This document shows positions 33,960 to 46,100 of a stretch of 64,000 nucleotides of DNA, piece after piece. The position numbers and the translations under genes are program-made. The first letter of the stretch is position 1. Every line of letters begins with the position of its first letter. Origin of the DNA: a virus. Under the pieces are notes generated by a model that was not told the origin of the DNA, ran no database searches, and saw only the letters and a program-made list of their open reading frames with translations. The stretch is taken from positions 22,229 to 86,228 of the IMG/VR virus record IMGVR_UViG_3300020172_003394, one strand, 5' to 3'.

Positions 33960-36900
33960 ATGGCACTTAACTCTGGTACGAAATCACTACAGCTTGTAGT
34001 TGCTGTATTTGATGCCGATGTTGATCCTGGTGAACGTTCAGTATCACTTGGATTGCAGATTCAACCATACGAACCAGTATCGGTTGGGCTTCGGGATGCG
34101 TTGATATCTGTATTGACAAATCAAATTAATTCTAAAGTTCGGTCGTATGTAGATAAAGACAGATTCTTAAAAACATTAATTAATTTTGGTGAAGATACTC
34201 AACGCATTGTCACAAATTGGAAATTAGATCCGAACGACAATACTAAATTATTAATTAAGTTATTATCACCACTCGATTTTGATTTGGATGTAGGTAACAG
34301 AGTATTCATTAGTCGTGAAGTAGTAAATTCTGTAGTAGATACAGTCAAATTAGAACTTATCCCTCAACCAGACACATCCCTCTGGTTAAGACCAAAAAAT
34401 ACAGAAGTTAACAGCTTTAACAGTGATACAGAACTATTAAATATTCATGGGCGCAGAGTAGCCAACCAAACACTATCCAGTATAGGAATAGATGTCACTG
34501 GATCAGAAGATCAATACGGTGGGTATACATTCAAAAATGATATCTTACGTAAATGGTTTACTGATGATTATAAGTCTGTAGAATTAAACATAGACTATTC
34601 CGATTATGCCAACTTTATAACATATAGTTCTGCAAAGTTACGCTTGGATGCATTTGAACAGAAAATTATAAAAATTGCAGAGTTGGAAGGTAAATCACGG
34701 TTTTATAATACCGATGCAGGTGGTTCTATTTTTGGACAATTCGAAACACTTATCTCTACACCGACAATCGTTCAATCTGGTGTCACTCAATCACTAGCAA
34801 GCCCTGTTGTTATTAATCAATCTGGGTCATTAAGTTTATTAACAGGGTCTTTAGTCAATGTTTTCTCGGTGCAAGCCCTTCCGTCGGCAGCATTATATTT
34901 GGTTGAAGGAGCAAAGGAAGCTGCACTTGAAATTGAAAATGTTATTCGTAGTTTTGATGGATACGAACGTCATTTATTCTATAATTCTGGTAGTGCATAT
35001 AGCGCAAGTGTATATTACCAATTAAACGGTACCGAATATAATCCAGATGGTACATGGCCAAAACAAGACCAAAATGGAACTTTATACCCACCAGGAAGTC
35101 CACAGGTTACTACGTGGTATAACTTACAATCCGCTATAGCACAACGATATGATGATAATAATGTAAATTTGTTATCAAATGCAATACCACAATATTTGCA
35201 AGACGATTTAAATTCACAAGATTTTATTAAATTTACAAAACTCATTGGGCATTTATTTGACTCAATTAAGCTATATATTGACCAATTACCGTACATATAT
35301 GATAGAAGAGTCAATGCTACTGAAGGATTATCGCAAGACTTGATATGGAATGTAGCAAAATCATTCGGATTATCACTAACCAATCCAGACTCGGCAGCAT
35401 CATTATATAGTTTCACAACCGATAATACGACAGTAAAGAAACGAGAACAAGTAACTGAACTGTATAAGAGATTTTTACACAACGTACCTTATCTTAATAG
35501 AACCCGTGGAACTGCAAATTCATTAAAGGCGTTACTTGGTATTTTTGGTTTAAATGAACAAGTTGTTGGTATTCGTGAAACAGAAACAACCTCAACTGGT
35601 AGTTTTGAAATATTTGATGAAGTCACCAACGCATTAAACTTTAATACAGGATCATATCTTGTATTGCCGATGACGGGTTCTTCGCAACGTGAAACATATA
35701 CGTTACAATTTAGATTTAATAATGCAACAGATGCAATAACAACACTGGGTGTTGGTGATACCGGAGCACCATCTGGTTCGTGGGTTGTAGATTTAGTACC
35801 ACACCCATCCGCATCGATGGGATCAACTTACGGACGTATTGAAATCAAAGATACTATCGGTGAAGTATTATTAAGTAGTAGTTATGCAGATATGTTTGAT
35901 GACGAAGATTATTATGATGTAATGATTCGTTATGATGGGCCAACTGTAACATTAAATGTCGCTTACTCAGACGGCGAAGAAATATTGTATTCTTCAAGTA
36001 TGAGCACAACAGGTTCGTATCTTCGCGACGCTTGGAATGCAACACAAAACTTCTATTTGGGTGGGTCTGGTTCGCTAAGTACTAACACATTTAATGGATA
36101 CGTAGATGAAGTTCGTGTTTGGGGAGAACGCGTTACAGACCAACGATTCTATGAACAAGTATTAGATCCAGGTAGTTTTGTTGGTAATAGTTATACATCA
36201 CCTGTTGAAAATCTATGGATAAGATTATCATTCCACATTCCTAGAAACTTGGGGGTTGGAAGTATTTCAAACGAATCACCGTACAGAAACAAAGATGGTG
36301 GTTCTGATCCGGGATTGCCACTTTTACCAAATCTTACAAATGTAATCGCAGTAGGATTTACAAATAAGACTGCATACCCACTCAGTATGACTCGTGTAAG
36401 TAGAAAGATTAAACAATACACGACAAATAATGGTGCATATTCATATGGAAGTAATTCAATTATTATCGCACCACCTGCAGTATTTACAGAAGTTGGCACT
36501 GGGGGTGAATTAATACTACATAGAAATAAGAGTATTGTTAATAACGAAGCACGTAGACAGCAACAGCAAACGAAAAAATATCTTGGATTCTTTGTATCAC
36601 CAACAGACGCCGTTAATAACTTACTTATTCGTTCACTTGGTAATATTGATGTAAAGGCATTGGTGGGAATCAATAGTAGATATGAATCAAAATATTCGGA
36701 AATTGAACGTTTGCAAAATTATTATAAGCAATACTACAATGCATCGGTCAATATTCCGCAGTTCGTAAGATTCTTCGATGAATTAGCACCAACTTTATTT
36801 GAACAAGCAAGTCAGTTTGTTCCTGCAAAAACTATATTGGCAAGTGGTATAGTAATTGAACCAAATATTCTTGAACATAAGAAGTTAGTATTTGAAAAAC

Positions 36901-38597
36901 CAGTTAAATTAAGTGGTGAAAATACTCGTAGAAATAATACATTTACAAGTACAGAAAGAACATATACTCGTGATTTTGATATCACATTATCCACGGGAAC
37001 TACAATTGATATCAGAAGTCGTGAAACGCAAAGTGCGTTCTATACAGATTACAATACTAAACTTAATTTAACAGAAACTTCTACAATTCGTGGTGAATCT
37101 AATAACTATTTCACCACAACAATAGAAATGATGAGTGAGTCTGGTTCTGGTGAAAATGCAACATATAATGCACAGACATTGTTCCTCACATCATCGATGC
37201 CAGAAGGGGAAATAAATACTGGATTATCGAACGGTGTAACCATAGAACATGGTGGTGGAACACCATTTGCAGATTATCATTATTTTGAAGGAACTGGATT
37301 TAATACGATTAACGACAATGGTAGTTTACAAACAACATACGAAGTATTTGACTCCGATATTGATAAATTAAGTTATATTAAATATCTGCAAACCTATGCA
37401 GGATTATCTCCAGACGAAGCACGTGGTGCAGCAGTAGGATACAAACCAGGTAACATTATCAATATTGCTGAATTAATTGGGTTGGATGATAGACTAACAT
37501 ATACAAGTGTTATTAATGTCATTCCACCACGAGCAGACCTTGAAGATTATGGTGTAATTAATTATTTTATTAAAAATAGTGCAATTTACACGTTTGAAAC
37601 AGTTCGAAAAGAAATTATTGGTAGAAATCAACTTAATTTTCTAACGGGACCATCGGCAACCTGGTCATTTGGAACTCAATATAATAGAAATGATGTTGTG
37701 GTACAGTACGGAGCAACAGGATCGGCTAAAACATCAAACGGTAAACTATTTAGATATATCGCGCAAGATTCACCGTCTGTATCATATAATTTTCCATCGC
37801 AAGATGGAAACAGATGGGCACCTGTTTTCTACCGTGGGCAAGCGGTTCAATCACCGTTTCGTGTTATCTTCGATACAAATAAGTTACAAGGTGATGAATC
37901 GGTATTTACATTACCGATTACACGAGTTAATGTCGCTAGACCAACAGTAGCACCAAACAGATATACAACAAGATTAACATTTAGAAATTTCTCGGCAAAT
38001 TCCCGTCAAACTGGTATTATTCGTTTGCAAGCAATTGCCTCACTTCTTTCGGTTGGGATTGGTGTGGGTGATACACCGGCACCAAAAATAAGAGTTCGTT
38101 TATATGACAAGGCACAAACCCGTGACGCGGACTTAAATAGACCTTTTGGTATCGAACCAATCGGTGACCATGGGGTTCTATTAGACATGGAATTTGGAGC
38201 TGGTTCTGTTGGTAAAAATATAGGATTATACCCACCAGTTACGTTGATAAATAATGATACTGGTCAGGCATCTAGTCCAAATATTTATTATACTATAGAT
38301 GAAGTAAATGGTGTTAATTACTCGGCAGGGTTTATTGTCACCTTTAGATATTTCGCTATCGAAGCACCTATCGACTTACCAATCGGATATCTACCAAGGC
38401 ATTACAAGTTCTTCAGAGACACCTTATTAGCAACCAAGCGTAGAAATTCTATAGGATGTCTCCAAACCCAAGATACTACAACAGACGGGCGTTCACCAGT
38501 AGAGGTCACGTTGACCGCGGGAACCACTCTCACAGTATCACCAAACATTTTACAGGATGAAGAAAACTTTGGTGGAATTAACTTAAATGTGAACTAA
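33960..38597 (+). CDS. large baseplate/tail protein with LamG-like domain
   Basis: IPQYL..D; RTRGT..SLKALL..FG; FNGYVDEVRVW. Confidence 0.75.
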   Translation: MALNSGTKSLQLVVAVFDADVDPGERSVSLGLQIQPYEPVSVGLRDALISVLTNQINSKVRSYVDKDRFLKTLINFGEDTQRIVTNWKLDPNDNTKLLIKLLSPLDFDLDVGNRVFISREVVNSVVDTVKLELIPQPDTSLWLRPKNTEVNSFNSDTELLNIHGRRVANQTLSSIGIDVTGSEDQYGGYTFKNDILRKWFTDDYKSVELNIDYSDYANFITYSSAKLRLDAFEQKIIKIAELEGKSRFYNTDAGGSIFGQFETLISTPTIVQSGVTQSLASPVVINQSGSLSLLTGSLVNVFSVQALPSAALYLVEGAKEAALEIENVIRSFDGYERHLFYNSGSAYSASVYYQLNGTEYNPDGTWPKQDQNGTLYPPGSPQVTTWYNLQSAIAQRYDDNNVNLLSNAIPQYLQDDLNSQDFIKFTKLIGHLFDSIKLYIDQLPYIYDRRVNATEGLSQDLIWNVAKSFGLSLTNPDSAASLYSFTTDNTTVKKREQVTELYKRFLHNVPYLNRTRGTANSLKALLGIFGLNEQVVGIRETETTSTGSFEIFDEVTNALNFNTGSYLVLPMTGSSQRETYTLQFRFNNATDAITTLGVGDTGAPSGSWVVDLVPHPSASMGSTYGRIEIKDTIGEVLLSSSYADMFDDEDYYDVMIRYDGPTVTLNVAYSDGEEILYSSSMSTTGSYLRDAWNATQNFYLGGSGSLSTNTFNGYVDEVRVWGERVTDQRFYEQVLDPGSFVGNSYTSPVENLWIRLSFHIPRNLGVGSISNESPYRNKDGGSDPGLPLLPNLTNVIAVGFTNKTAYPLSMTRVSRKIKQYTTNNGAYSYGSNSIIIAPPAVFTEVGTGGELILHRNKSIVNNEARRQQQQTKKYLGFFVSPTDAVNNLLIRSLGNIDVKALVGINSRYESKYSEIERLQNYYKQYYNASVNIPQFVRFFDELAPTLFEQASQFVPAKTILASGIVIEPNILEHKKLVFEKPVKLSGENTRRNNTFTSTERTYTRDFDITLSTGTTIDIRSRETQSAFYTDYNTKLNLTETSTIRGESNNYFTTTIEMMSESGSGENATYNAQTLFLTSSMPEGEINTGLSNGVTIEHGGGTPFADYHYFEGTGFNTINDNGSLQTTYEVFDSDIDKLSYIKYLQTYAGLSPDEARGAAVGYKPGNIINIAELIGLDDRLTYTSVINVIPPRADLEDYGVINYFIKNSAIYTFETVRKEIIGRNQLNFLTGPSATWSFGTQYNRNDVVVQYGATGSAKTSNGKLFRYIAQDSPSVSYNFPSQDGNRWAPVFYRGQAVQSPFRVIFDTNKLQGDESVFTLPITRVNVARPTVAPNRYTTRLTFRNFSANSRQTGIIRLQAIASLLSVGIGVGDTPAPKIRVRLYDKAQTRDADLNRPFGIEPIGDHGVLLDMEFGAGSVGKNIGLYPPVTLINNDTGQASSPNIYYTIDEVNGVNYSAGFIVTFRYFAIEAPIDLPIGYLPRHYKFFRDTLLATKRRNSIGCLQTQDTTTDGRSPVEVTLTAGTTLTVSPNILQDEENFGGINLNVN

Positions 38598-38612
38598 AAC
38601 CAAAGTATAACA

Positions 38613-38620
38613 TATTTATA
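38613..38620 (+). promoter_or_regulatory. putative late promoter TATTTATA
   Basis: intergenic, upstream of AGGAGAGG RBS. Confidence 0.6.
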
Positions 38621-38652
38621 TTAGACAACTTACGTCAGGAGAGGTACAAATT

Positions 38653-39279
38653 ATGGGATATTTAAACAAGTCAACGATTACAGTTGATGCGGTGTTAACA
38701 AAGAAAGGTAGAGAACTTCTATCGAAGGGCAGAAGTGAATTCGAAATCACTCAATTTGCTGTTGCTGATGACGAAGTAGACTACACGTTGTACACCACAG
38801 CACATCCACTTGGTTCTGCATACTATGGGTCCATCATCGAAGCGATGCCAATTTTGGAAGCTTCTTCTGACGAAACCCAAGCAATGCGTTTTAAGTTAGT
38901 TTCCTTGGATAGAGGCACTAAAGAAATTCCAGTTATTTCTTTGGGTGTATCAGCATACGCACTCAACTATAACGATTCGGTTGTTGTAAGTCCAACTACG
39001 ACCGCAGAACTAGCAACCGCAGGGTATACAGCAATTCTTTATGATGGTAATGTAGCAACCTTGACAACCAGCCAACCATTGGCGGCAGGAACTACAGTAC
39101 CATTCTTTAACGTCAACCAACCAACATCTGCAAATGCAGTTGTGGTTCAAGGATTTAGTTTCAATTTGACCTCGAAAGAACTAACTGTTGACCGTACAAC
39201 ACAATTATCAATTGTAAACAATCTTACTGGCGCAACCAAAACGGTCACCGTTTCTGTGGCTGCTAAGCCAACAGTATAA
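38653..39279 (+). CDS. virion structural protein
   Basis: MGYL....TVDAVLTKKGRELL...ITQFAVADDEVDY. Confidence 0.7.
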   Translation: MGYLNKSTITVDAVLTKKGRELLSKGRSEFEITQFAVADDEVDYTLYTTAHPLGSAYYGSIIEAMPILEASSDETQAMRFKLVSLDRGTKEIPVISLGVSAYALNYNDSVVVSPTTTAELATAGYTAILYDGNVATLTTSQPLAAGTTVPFFNVNQPTSANAVVVQGFSFNLTSKELTVDRTTQLSIVNNLTGATKTVTVSVAAKPTV

Positions 39280-39293
39280 CAGGGGTTTAATAT

Positions 39294-40418
39294 ATGGCAA
39301 TTAGAACTTTCGTTCCATTTAATCTTGATGAAGATGTGGTACCAGCAAACCAAACCACAGTAACAACTGGCCTGTGGTCTGGTGATACTGGTAGTTTAAC
39401 TACACTTTTTACATCAACCACACAGATTTCTGCAAGTGGTGAATACTACTTTGATGCATTCGATAAAAATCCAGCAACCGATACTACCGCAGAAGTTCAA
39501 TTTGCTGTGGCATACGGTCACATTTCTGGTGGTGGTTCTCCAACATTGGCACAAGATGACTTGGCAACACTAGCAACCAGAGCAACATACTTACAGTATA
39601 AAAATATTTTGTTAGACCCATCCGATGATTTATTTACATTTGGCACAAATAGTACAGATCACGTTTACGTTATCAATATCCAACGTGCACGTTTAAAGGA
39701 ACAACTTGACCCAGGTAACTGGCTCTTGACTCTTTCTGGTTCCAACGGTAAGTTTACATTTATTGACGATAGTAACCAAACATTAAGTGCAAAGTCGAAA
39801 ACCAGTAAATCTGGTCGTGTATTTAACGTAGCATCGGGTTCACTAACAGGTGTAAGTGGGAGTACCGTCTTAACCAGTCAATCCGCAGCAGGTAAGGGAT
39901 TTGGACTAGTGTTTCCGGATTTGGGTATTATCGTATTAAATCCTGACGCAATCATTCCAACTGTTGGTTTTACATCGGCGTCCGGAGGATTTGGTTGTGG
40001 TTCAGAACAAGACTTTACGTATAGCACTACTAACCTCGTAGTTCCATTTGGACCATTTACTGGTTCATTAACATCAAACGGTGGTGAAGGTCGTGAACAA
40101 CGTAACCACGATGGTTTATTACGTTCAATTAAGTTGGGTGGTGATTTCCAAGCACGTTCGGCAGAAACCATTTCGTCAACACATTATTTTGTTCGTTTAA
40201 GAAATAAGGATTTTAACTACACCAATAATCCAACATTCTATAACAATACCAACGGTCAAATCTTGAATGATGACTTCGTAGAAGATCCAAGAGTATTTCC
40301 AACAAGTGTTGGGTTGTACAACAGTAGAAACGAATTGTTAGCAATAGCAAAACTCAGTCGTCCGTTAGAAAAGTCATTCGACAAGGAAGCATTAATTCGC
40401 GTTCGTCTTGACTTCTAA
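39294..40418 (+). CDS. tail/baseplate structural protein
   Basis: C-terminal VGLYN...ELLAIAKLSRP. Confidence 0.7.
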   Translation: MAIRTFVPFNLDEDVVPANQTTVTTGLWSGDTGSLTTLFTSTTQISASGEYYFDAFDKNPATDTTAEVQFAVAYGHISGGGSPTLAQDDLATLATRATYLQYKNILLDPSDDLFTFGTNSTDHVYVINIQRARLKEQLDPGNWLLTLSGSNGKFTFIDDSNQTLSAKSKTSKSGRVFNVASGSLTGVSGSTVLTSQSAAGKGFGLVFPDLGIIVLNPDAIIPTVGFTSASGGFGCGSEQDFTYSTTNLVVPFGPFTGSLTSNGGEGREQRNHDGLLRSIKLGGDFQARSAETISSTHYFVRLRNKDFNYTNNPTFYNNTNGQILNDDFVEDPRVFPTSVGLYNSRNELLAIAKLSRPLEKSFDKEALIRVRLDF

Positions 40419-40436
40419 TGAACAAAGGGAGGTTCT

Positions 40437-41402
40437 ATGAGAGCAGTAAAACCTCTCGACGCAGATGGATATACTAAAAATGAATACGTAGCGTATGTGT
40501 CCCAGAGTTATACAATTACCTCTGGGTCACTTACGAATACGGAACTGGTTACAATAGATTTCGCAAACCAACCACCTGATGACTGGAAATATCAACAAAC
40601 CAGTGATTTTGATTTGGGAGCTTTGAATTCAGGTAGTGGAATATATTCGTATCCGTTATTTAGTTTATTAAATCGTGCATTTTATTCTTCACAAGGATTG
40701 GTGGAATATGGTACGTCATCTGTAGCCGTCACACAATTTACACCAAGTCAATCGTTATATGTATTTAACATAGCAAACGCAGCAGTCGGAGAAGGAGTAG
40801 GACCGGGTAGTTTTAGCGTTAGAGTTTCAGGTTCTTCTCCAATTGTTGATGATGGGTATGGTCGTTTATATGTAAATAATACTGGTAGTGTGGTGGGTAA
40901 TATTTTTTACAAGCATGGTATCGCTATAGTAAAAAATAACATATCAGCACCATCTCAGTCTGTTTCTACAAATGGATTAAAACTATCACCGTTTTTGGAT
41001 GTAACGGTGGCATTTAGTTCATCGTTTACAATTACAGAACACACAATAGTATGTAAATTACGTCCAACCGAATTCAACGCATCGTTGTTAAATCATACGG
41101 TGGGATATTACAAAGCAGTAACAGGGTCATATGTGTCTGGTTCAGAAACAGTAACATATACAAATTATATAACAAATGTTTCTTCATCTGCAAAAGCTTT
41201 GTCTGGACAATTAATAACAGAATTGTTTGATGTTGGATTGCAATATAAAAGTGATTCTGTGTCAGGTAGTTTAACACCATATGTAACAACAATAGGTTTA
41301 TATAATAGAAATTATGAGTTACTTGCAATTGCAAAACTGGCAAACCCAGTTCCAAGAGCAAAGAACGTAGACCAAACTTTTATCGTAAAGTTCGATACCT
41401 AA
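40437..41402 (+). CDS. tail/baseplate structural protein (paralog of upstream gene)
   Basis: C-terminal TIGLYN...ELLAIAKLANP. Confidence 0.7.
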   Translation: MRAVKPLDADGYTKNEYVAYVSQSYTITSGSLTNTELVTIDFANQPPDDWKYQQTSDFDLGALNSGSGIYSYPLFSLLNRAFYSSQGLVEYGTSSVAVTQFTPSQSLYVFNIANAAVGEGVGPGSFSVRVSGSSPIVDDGYGRLYVNNTGSVVGNIFYKHGIAIVKNNISAPSQSVSTNGLKLSPFLDVTVAFSSSFTITEHTIVCKLRPTEFNASLLNHTVGYYKAVTGSYVSGSETVTYTNYITNVSSSAKALSGQLITELFDVGLQYKSDSVSGSLTPYVTTIGLYNRNYELLAIAKLANPVPRAKNVDQTFIVKFDT

Positions 41403-41417
41403 TGTGGAGATGGTAAC

Positions 41418-41843
41418 ATGTCAAAGTTAAAAGAATTATTTGAGAGTTCACAATACGCACGATTGAACTCAATTCCGGGTGGAAACAAGAATTTTAGTGT
41501 TCGTAATCAATCAAACACAGAACAAAGTATTCGACAAGGAAATGCCGTTGATTTCTTTCCAAACACATATCAAGATGGGTTTGATGTAAACAAACCAAGT
41601 CTAAGTGTTCAGGGATTTGCAAAGGCACCTGAAACGCAAACATCCGACTATACAGGTAACCCAACAGGTCAGGCAACAATTGAAAACAATGCATTTGATT
41701 CATACAATCGATTTGCATTAGATGCATTTCGTAATACATACAGTTCAAAGTTAGTTCATAAGTTTTTGGCAACAGATTCTACAAAACAATATAAGACACA
41801 ACAAGAAACATCAGCAGGAGTAGTATTAACATATAACGTCTAA
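41418..41843 (+). CDS. hypothetical virion protein
   Basis: N-terminal MSKLKELFE. Confidence 0.65.
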   Translation: MSKLKELFESSQYARLNSIPGGNKNFSVRNQSNTEQSIRQGNAVDFFPNTYQDGFDVNKPSLSVQGFAKAPETQTSDYTGNPTGQATIENNAFDSYNRFALDAFRNTYSSKLVHKFLATDSTKQYKTQQETSAGVVLTYNV

Positions 41844-41859
41844 TATAGACGAGGTTACG

Positions 41860-42210
41860 ATGAAACCCAGAAGTGCAAAGAACAAGGGTAAACGGTTACA
41901 AAATGCAATCAGAGATTTAATACTTGAACACTTTCCGCAATTGGAACCAGATGATGTAGTCTCGACCCTCATGGGAGATTCGGGCGCCGACATCAAGCTT
42001 AGTCCAGCAGCGCGGAAAGTGTTTCCGTATTCTCCTGAGTGTAAGAACCAAGAGAAGGTCAACATTTGGTCAGCCCTCCAACAAGCAGAAACTAATACCA
42101 AAGAAAATACCTATCCGGTCGTATTCTTTAAACGAAATAATACGAAAACATATGCGATTATACCCGCAGACCATTTCTTTGAGTTGACCAAACCAAAAAA
42201 TATAAATTAA
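41860..42210 (+). CDS. Holliday junction resolvase-like PD-(D/E)xK nuclease
   Basis: SAKNKGKRLQ...GADI...ECKNQE...QAE. Confidence 0.8.
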   Translation: MKPRSAKNKGKRLQNAIRDLILEHFPQLEPDDVVSTLMGDSGADIKLSPAARKVFPYSPECKNQEKVNIWSALQQAETNTKENTYPVVFFKRNNTKTYAIIPADHFFELTKPKNIN

Positions 42211-42221
42211 TAAATCAACAC

Positions 42222-42250
42222 TTGATTTTTCGATAGAGAGATGTTAGTAT
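42222..42250 (+). promoter_or_regulatory. sigma70-type promoter for primase/SbcCD
   Basis: TTGATT-N17-TAGTAT. Confidence 0.55.
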
Positions 42251-42257
42251 TCATACT

Positions 42258-43172
42258 ATGAACCTAATATCTCTTTTATCGCAAATACTCGGTGACTACA
42301 AGCAAATGGGCAAGGGGGAGCATTACTTCTCCTGTCCGTTTTGCCATCATCACAATAAGAAGTTTGCGGTGAATGTTGTTAAGAATAAATGGAAGTGTTG
42401 GGTCTGTGGAGCACGGGGTCGGCATCTGATTGGATTGTTCAAGAAGTTGGATGTTTCACCAGCACAAATCAAAGAGCTGAAGAAGTGTCTGAATGAAGAT
42501 GATGTAAAGAGTTATGTGGATATAGACCCAAATGAAGTCGTGGAACTTCATTTACCTTACGAGTTTAAACCACTCTGGAAACCCACGAACACGTTCGAAT
42601 ACAAGCACGCAATCAATTACTTAAAGAAGCGTGGTATTACTGGATACGATATTATCCGTTATCGTATGGGATATTGTGAAACAGGTACATATGGTGGTCG
42701 TATCATCGTCCCGTCATATGATGTGGATGGAAAACTTAATTACTTTATTGCCCGTGCATATCACGAATCGGGTATGAAATATAAGAACCCACCAATCTCG
42801 AAGAATGTGGTGGTATTCGAGGAACAAATCAACTGGAACGAACCTGTTGTATTGGTGGAAGGTGTGTTCGATGCACTGGCGGTTCGTCGTAATGCAATCC
42901 CGATGTTGGGTAAGTTTATACCCAAGAAGTTAGAGGTCAAACTACTTGAAAATCGTGTGAAGAAGGTGTATATTCTTCTCGACGATGATGCAAAAACGGA
43001 AGCAATACAACTGGAACGCAAGTTATCAGCATATGGAATACAAGTATCACAAGTGTCGGTGAGTGGGGGTGACGCCGCTGACCTTGGGTTCCAAAAGACC
43101 TGGGAGTTTATTAATTACTCCAAGGCAACTACCTTTAAGGACTTTATACAAAATAGGTTATCAAACGCATGA
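42258..43172 (+). CDS. DNA primase (Zn finger + TOPRIM)
   Basis: CPFC...CWVC; VEGVFDA; LDDDA. Confidence 0.9.
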   Translation: MNLISLLSQILGDYKQMGKGEHYFSCPFCHHHNKKFAVNVVKNKWKCWVCGARGRHLIGLFKKLDVSPAQIKELKKCLNEDDVKSYVDIDPNEVVELHLPYEFKPLWKPTNTFEYKHAINYLKKRGITGYDIIRYRMGYCETGTYGGRIIVPSYDVDGKLNYFIARAYHESGMKYKNPPISKNVVVFEEQINWNEPVVLVEGVFDALAVRRNAIPMLGKFIPKKLEVKLLENRVKKVYILLDDDAKTEAIQLERKLSAYGIQVSQVSVSGGDAADLGFQKTWEFINYSKATTFKDFIQNRLSNA

Positions 43173-46100
43173 ATATAAGTGTTCCATTTAATAAACTCAA
43201 AAAAATAATTCATCTCGCAGATATTCATATTCGATTATTTAAGCGACACGAAGAATATAACGAATGTTTCCAAACTTTCTATAACCAGTTGCGTCAAGAA
43301 GATTTGACCGACTCGGTTATTGTCGTTGCTGGTGATATCGTTCACGCTAAGACGGATATGAGTCCTGAGATGGTGGTGATGGCTACGGAGTTCTTGAAGA
43401 CGTTAGCGGATATGGCATCCACCATTATCATCGCAGGAAACCACGACCTCAACTTGTCCAATATGAATCGATTGGATAGTTTGACCCCAATCGTCAATAG
43501 TATCAATCATAAAGACCTCCATTACTTTAAGCACTCTGGTGTTTACACGATTGCCGACACCGACTTTGCTGTATATTCCATTCTTGATGACAAGGAGAAG
43601 TGGCCTTCCCACAGGGATTGTTCATCTCGTCGAAAGGTTGCTCTCTATCACGGACCTGTGTTCGGGGCAACGACAGATGCTAAGTATACCATTACTAATC
43701 GACATGTAGATGTGTCGGCGTTCAATGGATTTGATATGGTCTTACTTGGTGACATCCATAAGCATCAAGTATTACAAGAACGAGACGCAGAAAATAAGAA
43801 GCCCGTAGTAGTTTACGCATCATCACTCATCCAACAGAACCACGGTGAAAGTCTTGATAACCACGGGTGGTGTATGTGGGATGTCCATAACTGCACCTTC
43901 CAGTTCCGTCAACTTCCAAATAACTACGGATATTATACTGTTGAAGTCCAAGGTGGGAAAGTTCCAGTTCTAACTGATGTTCCTAACAATGTTCGTATGC
44001 GGATATTCACGGGGAACCTTGATACCTCCGCGGTCAAGAAGTTGACGGCAGTATTACGAAAGCAACATAATATCATTGAGTTGAGTATCAACAAGTCGCG
44101 ATATGATAGTAGTAATCGTGAGAAGATGAAGAGCGGTATCGAAATTATCGATGTTCAGAACATCAATAATCAGAATCAACTCATCCAAGATTGGTTGGAA
44201 CGACAATACGATAATACAATTGATAAACCATTGATGGACAAAATCTTGGATGTAAATAAGAACTTAAACGCACAAATCAATCACGACGACCATTCTCGTA
44301 ATGTGAATTGGCGTCCTCTCCAACTGAAGTTTTCGAATATGTTCTCGTATGGTGACGACAATATCATCAACTTTGGTAAGATGAAGGGGATATATGGTAT
44401 CTTTGCCAATAACGCATCGGGTAAGAGTTCTGCGATGGATGCCCTTATCTTTACCCTTTACGATAAGACTCCACGAGCATTTCGTGGTGACCATATAATG
44501 AATAATAGGAAGGACACGTTTACCTGCCAGTTAAAGTTTGAAATCAACAATGAAATCTTCTATATCCGTAGAACAGGCACCCGTAAAAAGACGGGTGATG
44601 TAAAGGTTGATGTCTCATTCTGGCGGGAGAACGAGGACGGAACCCACGAGTCATTAAATGGTGAGGACCGCCGTGATACGAATGTCAACATCAGAAACTA
44701 TGTTGGAACCTACGAAGATTTCGTCCTAACTGCACTCAGTAGTCAGAATAGTAATGCTTTATTCATTGATAAGTCTCATAGTGAACGCAAAGACCTGCTT
44801 ATCCAGTTTATGGGATTAAGTATCTTTGACAAGTTATGTGACACCGCTAATGACGAGATGAAGGAAATCTCTGGGGCACTTCGTAAGTTTAAGAAGGTCG
44901 ATTTCTCTCAGACTTTATCCGATACACAAAGTAAGTTAGACGCCACCCGTGAGGAACACGAACGGGTAGAAGGGTTGTTCTCTAAGATTAAACAGGAACA
45001 GGAAACCCTCTACGAGAAGTTAAAGGGATTACAGGAACAAAAACGACCTGTCCCTAATATCGAACTGGATATTGATACCCTCTTATCTACGAAGGATAAG
45101 GTGGTCGAGCTTGCGGCATCCTACGAAGAAGATAAGGGTGAAGCAGAAGGACGATTACAATATATTCACGATACAATCGCAGAGAAAACAAAGGAAGTAG
45201 TGGATGCAAATATTCCAGAACTTCGAAACTCTGTTGAAGAATATAATAGATTATCTGACCTCTTTAATAAGGGTAGTAATGCCTTGAAGTTAACCACATC
45301 GAAGATTGGGGAAAAGGTAAAGTTCCAAATCAAACTCGACAGTTACAAGTATAATCCAGATTGTGATGTCTGTGTTGACAACAATAAATCAATTATCTCA
45401 GATAAACAACAAGTAGCACACGAGTTATTGGAGTTAGAAGAGGTGCGAATCAAGCAGACAGCTGCCATTGAAGAAATCAAACAGCAGATGGAACCCCTGG
45501 TTGATAAGGTCAATCTCTGTGCATACTACGAGAAGATACAGAGTGAAGTCCAACAACTCCAGAAGAAGGCAAGCGGGATTGAACTTGACATCCAGAAGAT
45601 ATTGACCAACATCGAAAAGTGTGACCGCAAGCGTGAGCAAGTGGAAAACGACATCGAACTTCATCGATCAAACAAAGAAAATATTGAATACAATATTGAG
45701 ATAGACAGTCGTGTTGACCATATCCAATATGACATCAATACATCCAAAAAGAAGGCTGACCATATGGAAAAGGTGGTTCGTGACTTGCATGGTGAAATCA
45801 AGGTCTTAGAAGCCACCAAGACAGACATTATGAACCAGATTAAGGAAGCGGAAGAGTTAGAAGCAACCTACGAGGCATACAAGTATTATATGGAAGCGGT
45901 TGGTCGTGATGGCATTCCATATGACTTGATGAGTAAGGCAATCCCGAACATTGAAGCTGAAATAAATAATATTTTAAGTCAAATCGTAGACTTCACCATC
46001 TCCCTCGAAGTGGATGGAAAGAACATCGTCGGTAAGTTAAACTACGATTATGACCGCGTATGGCCGTTGGAAAACTCATCGGGCATGGAACGTTTTATTA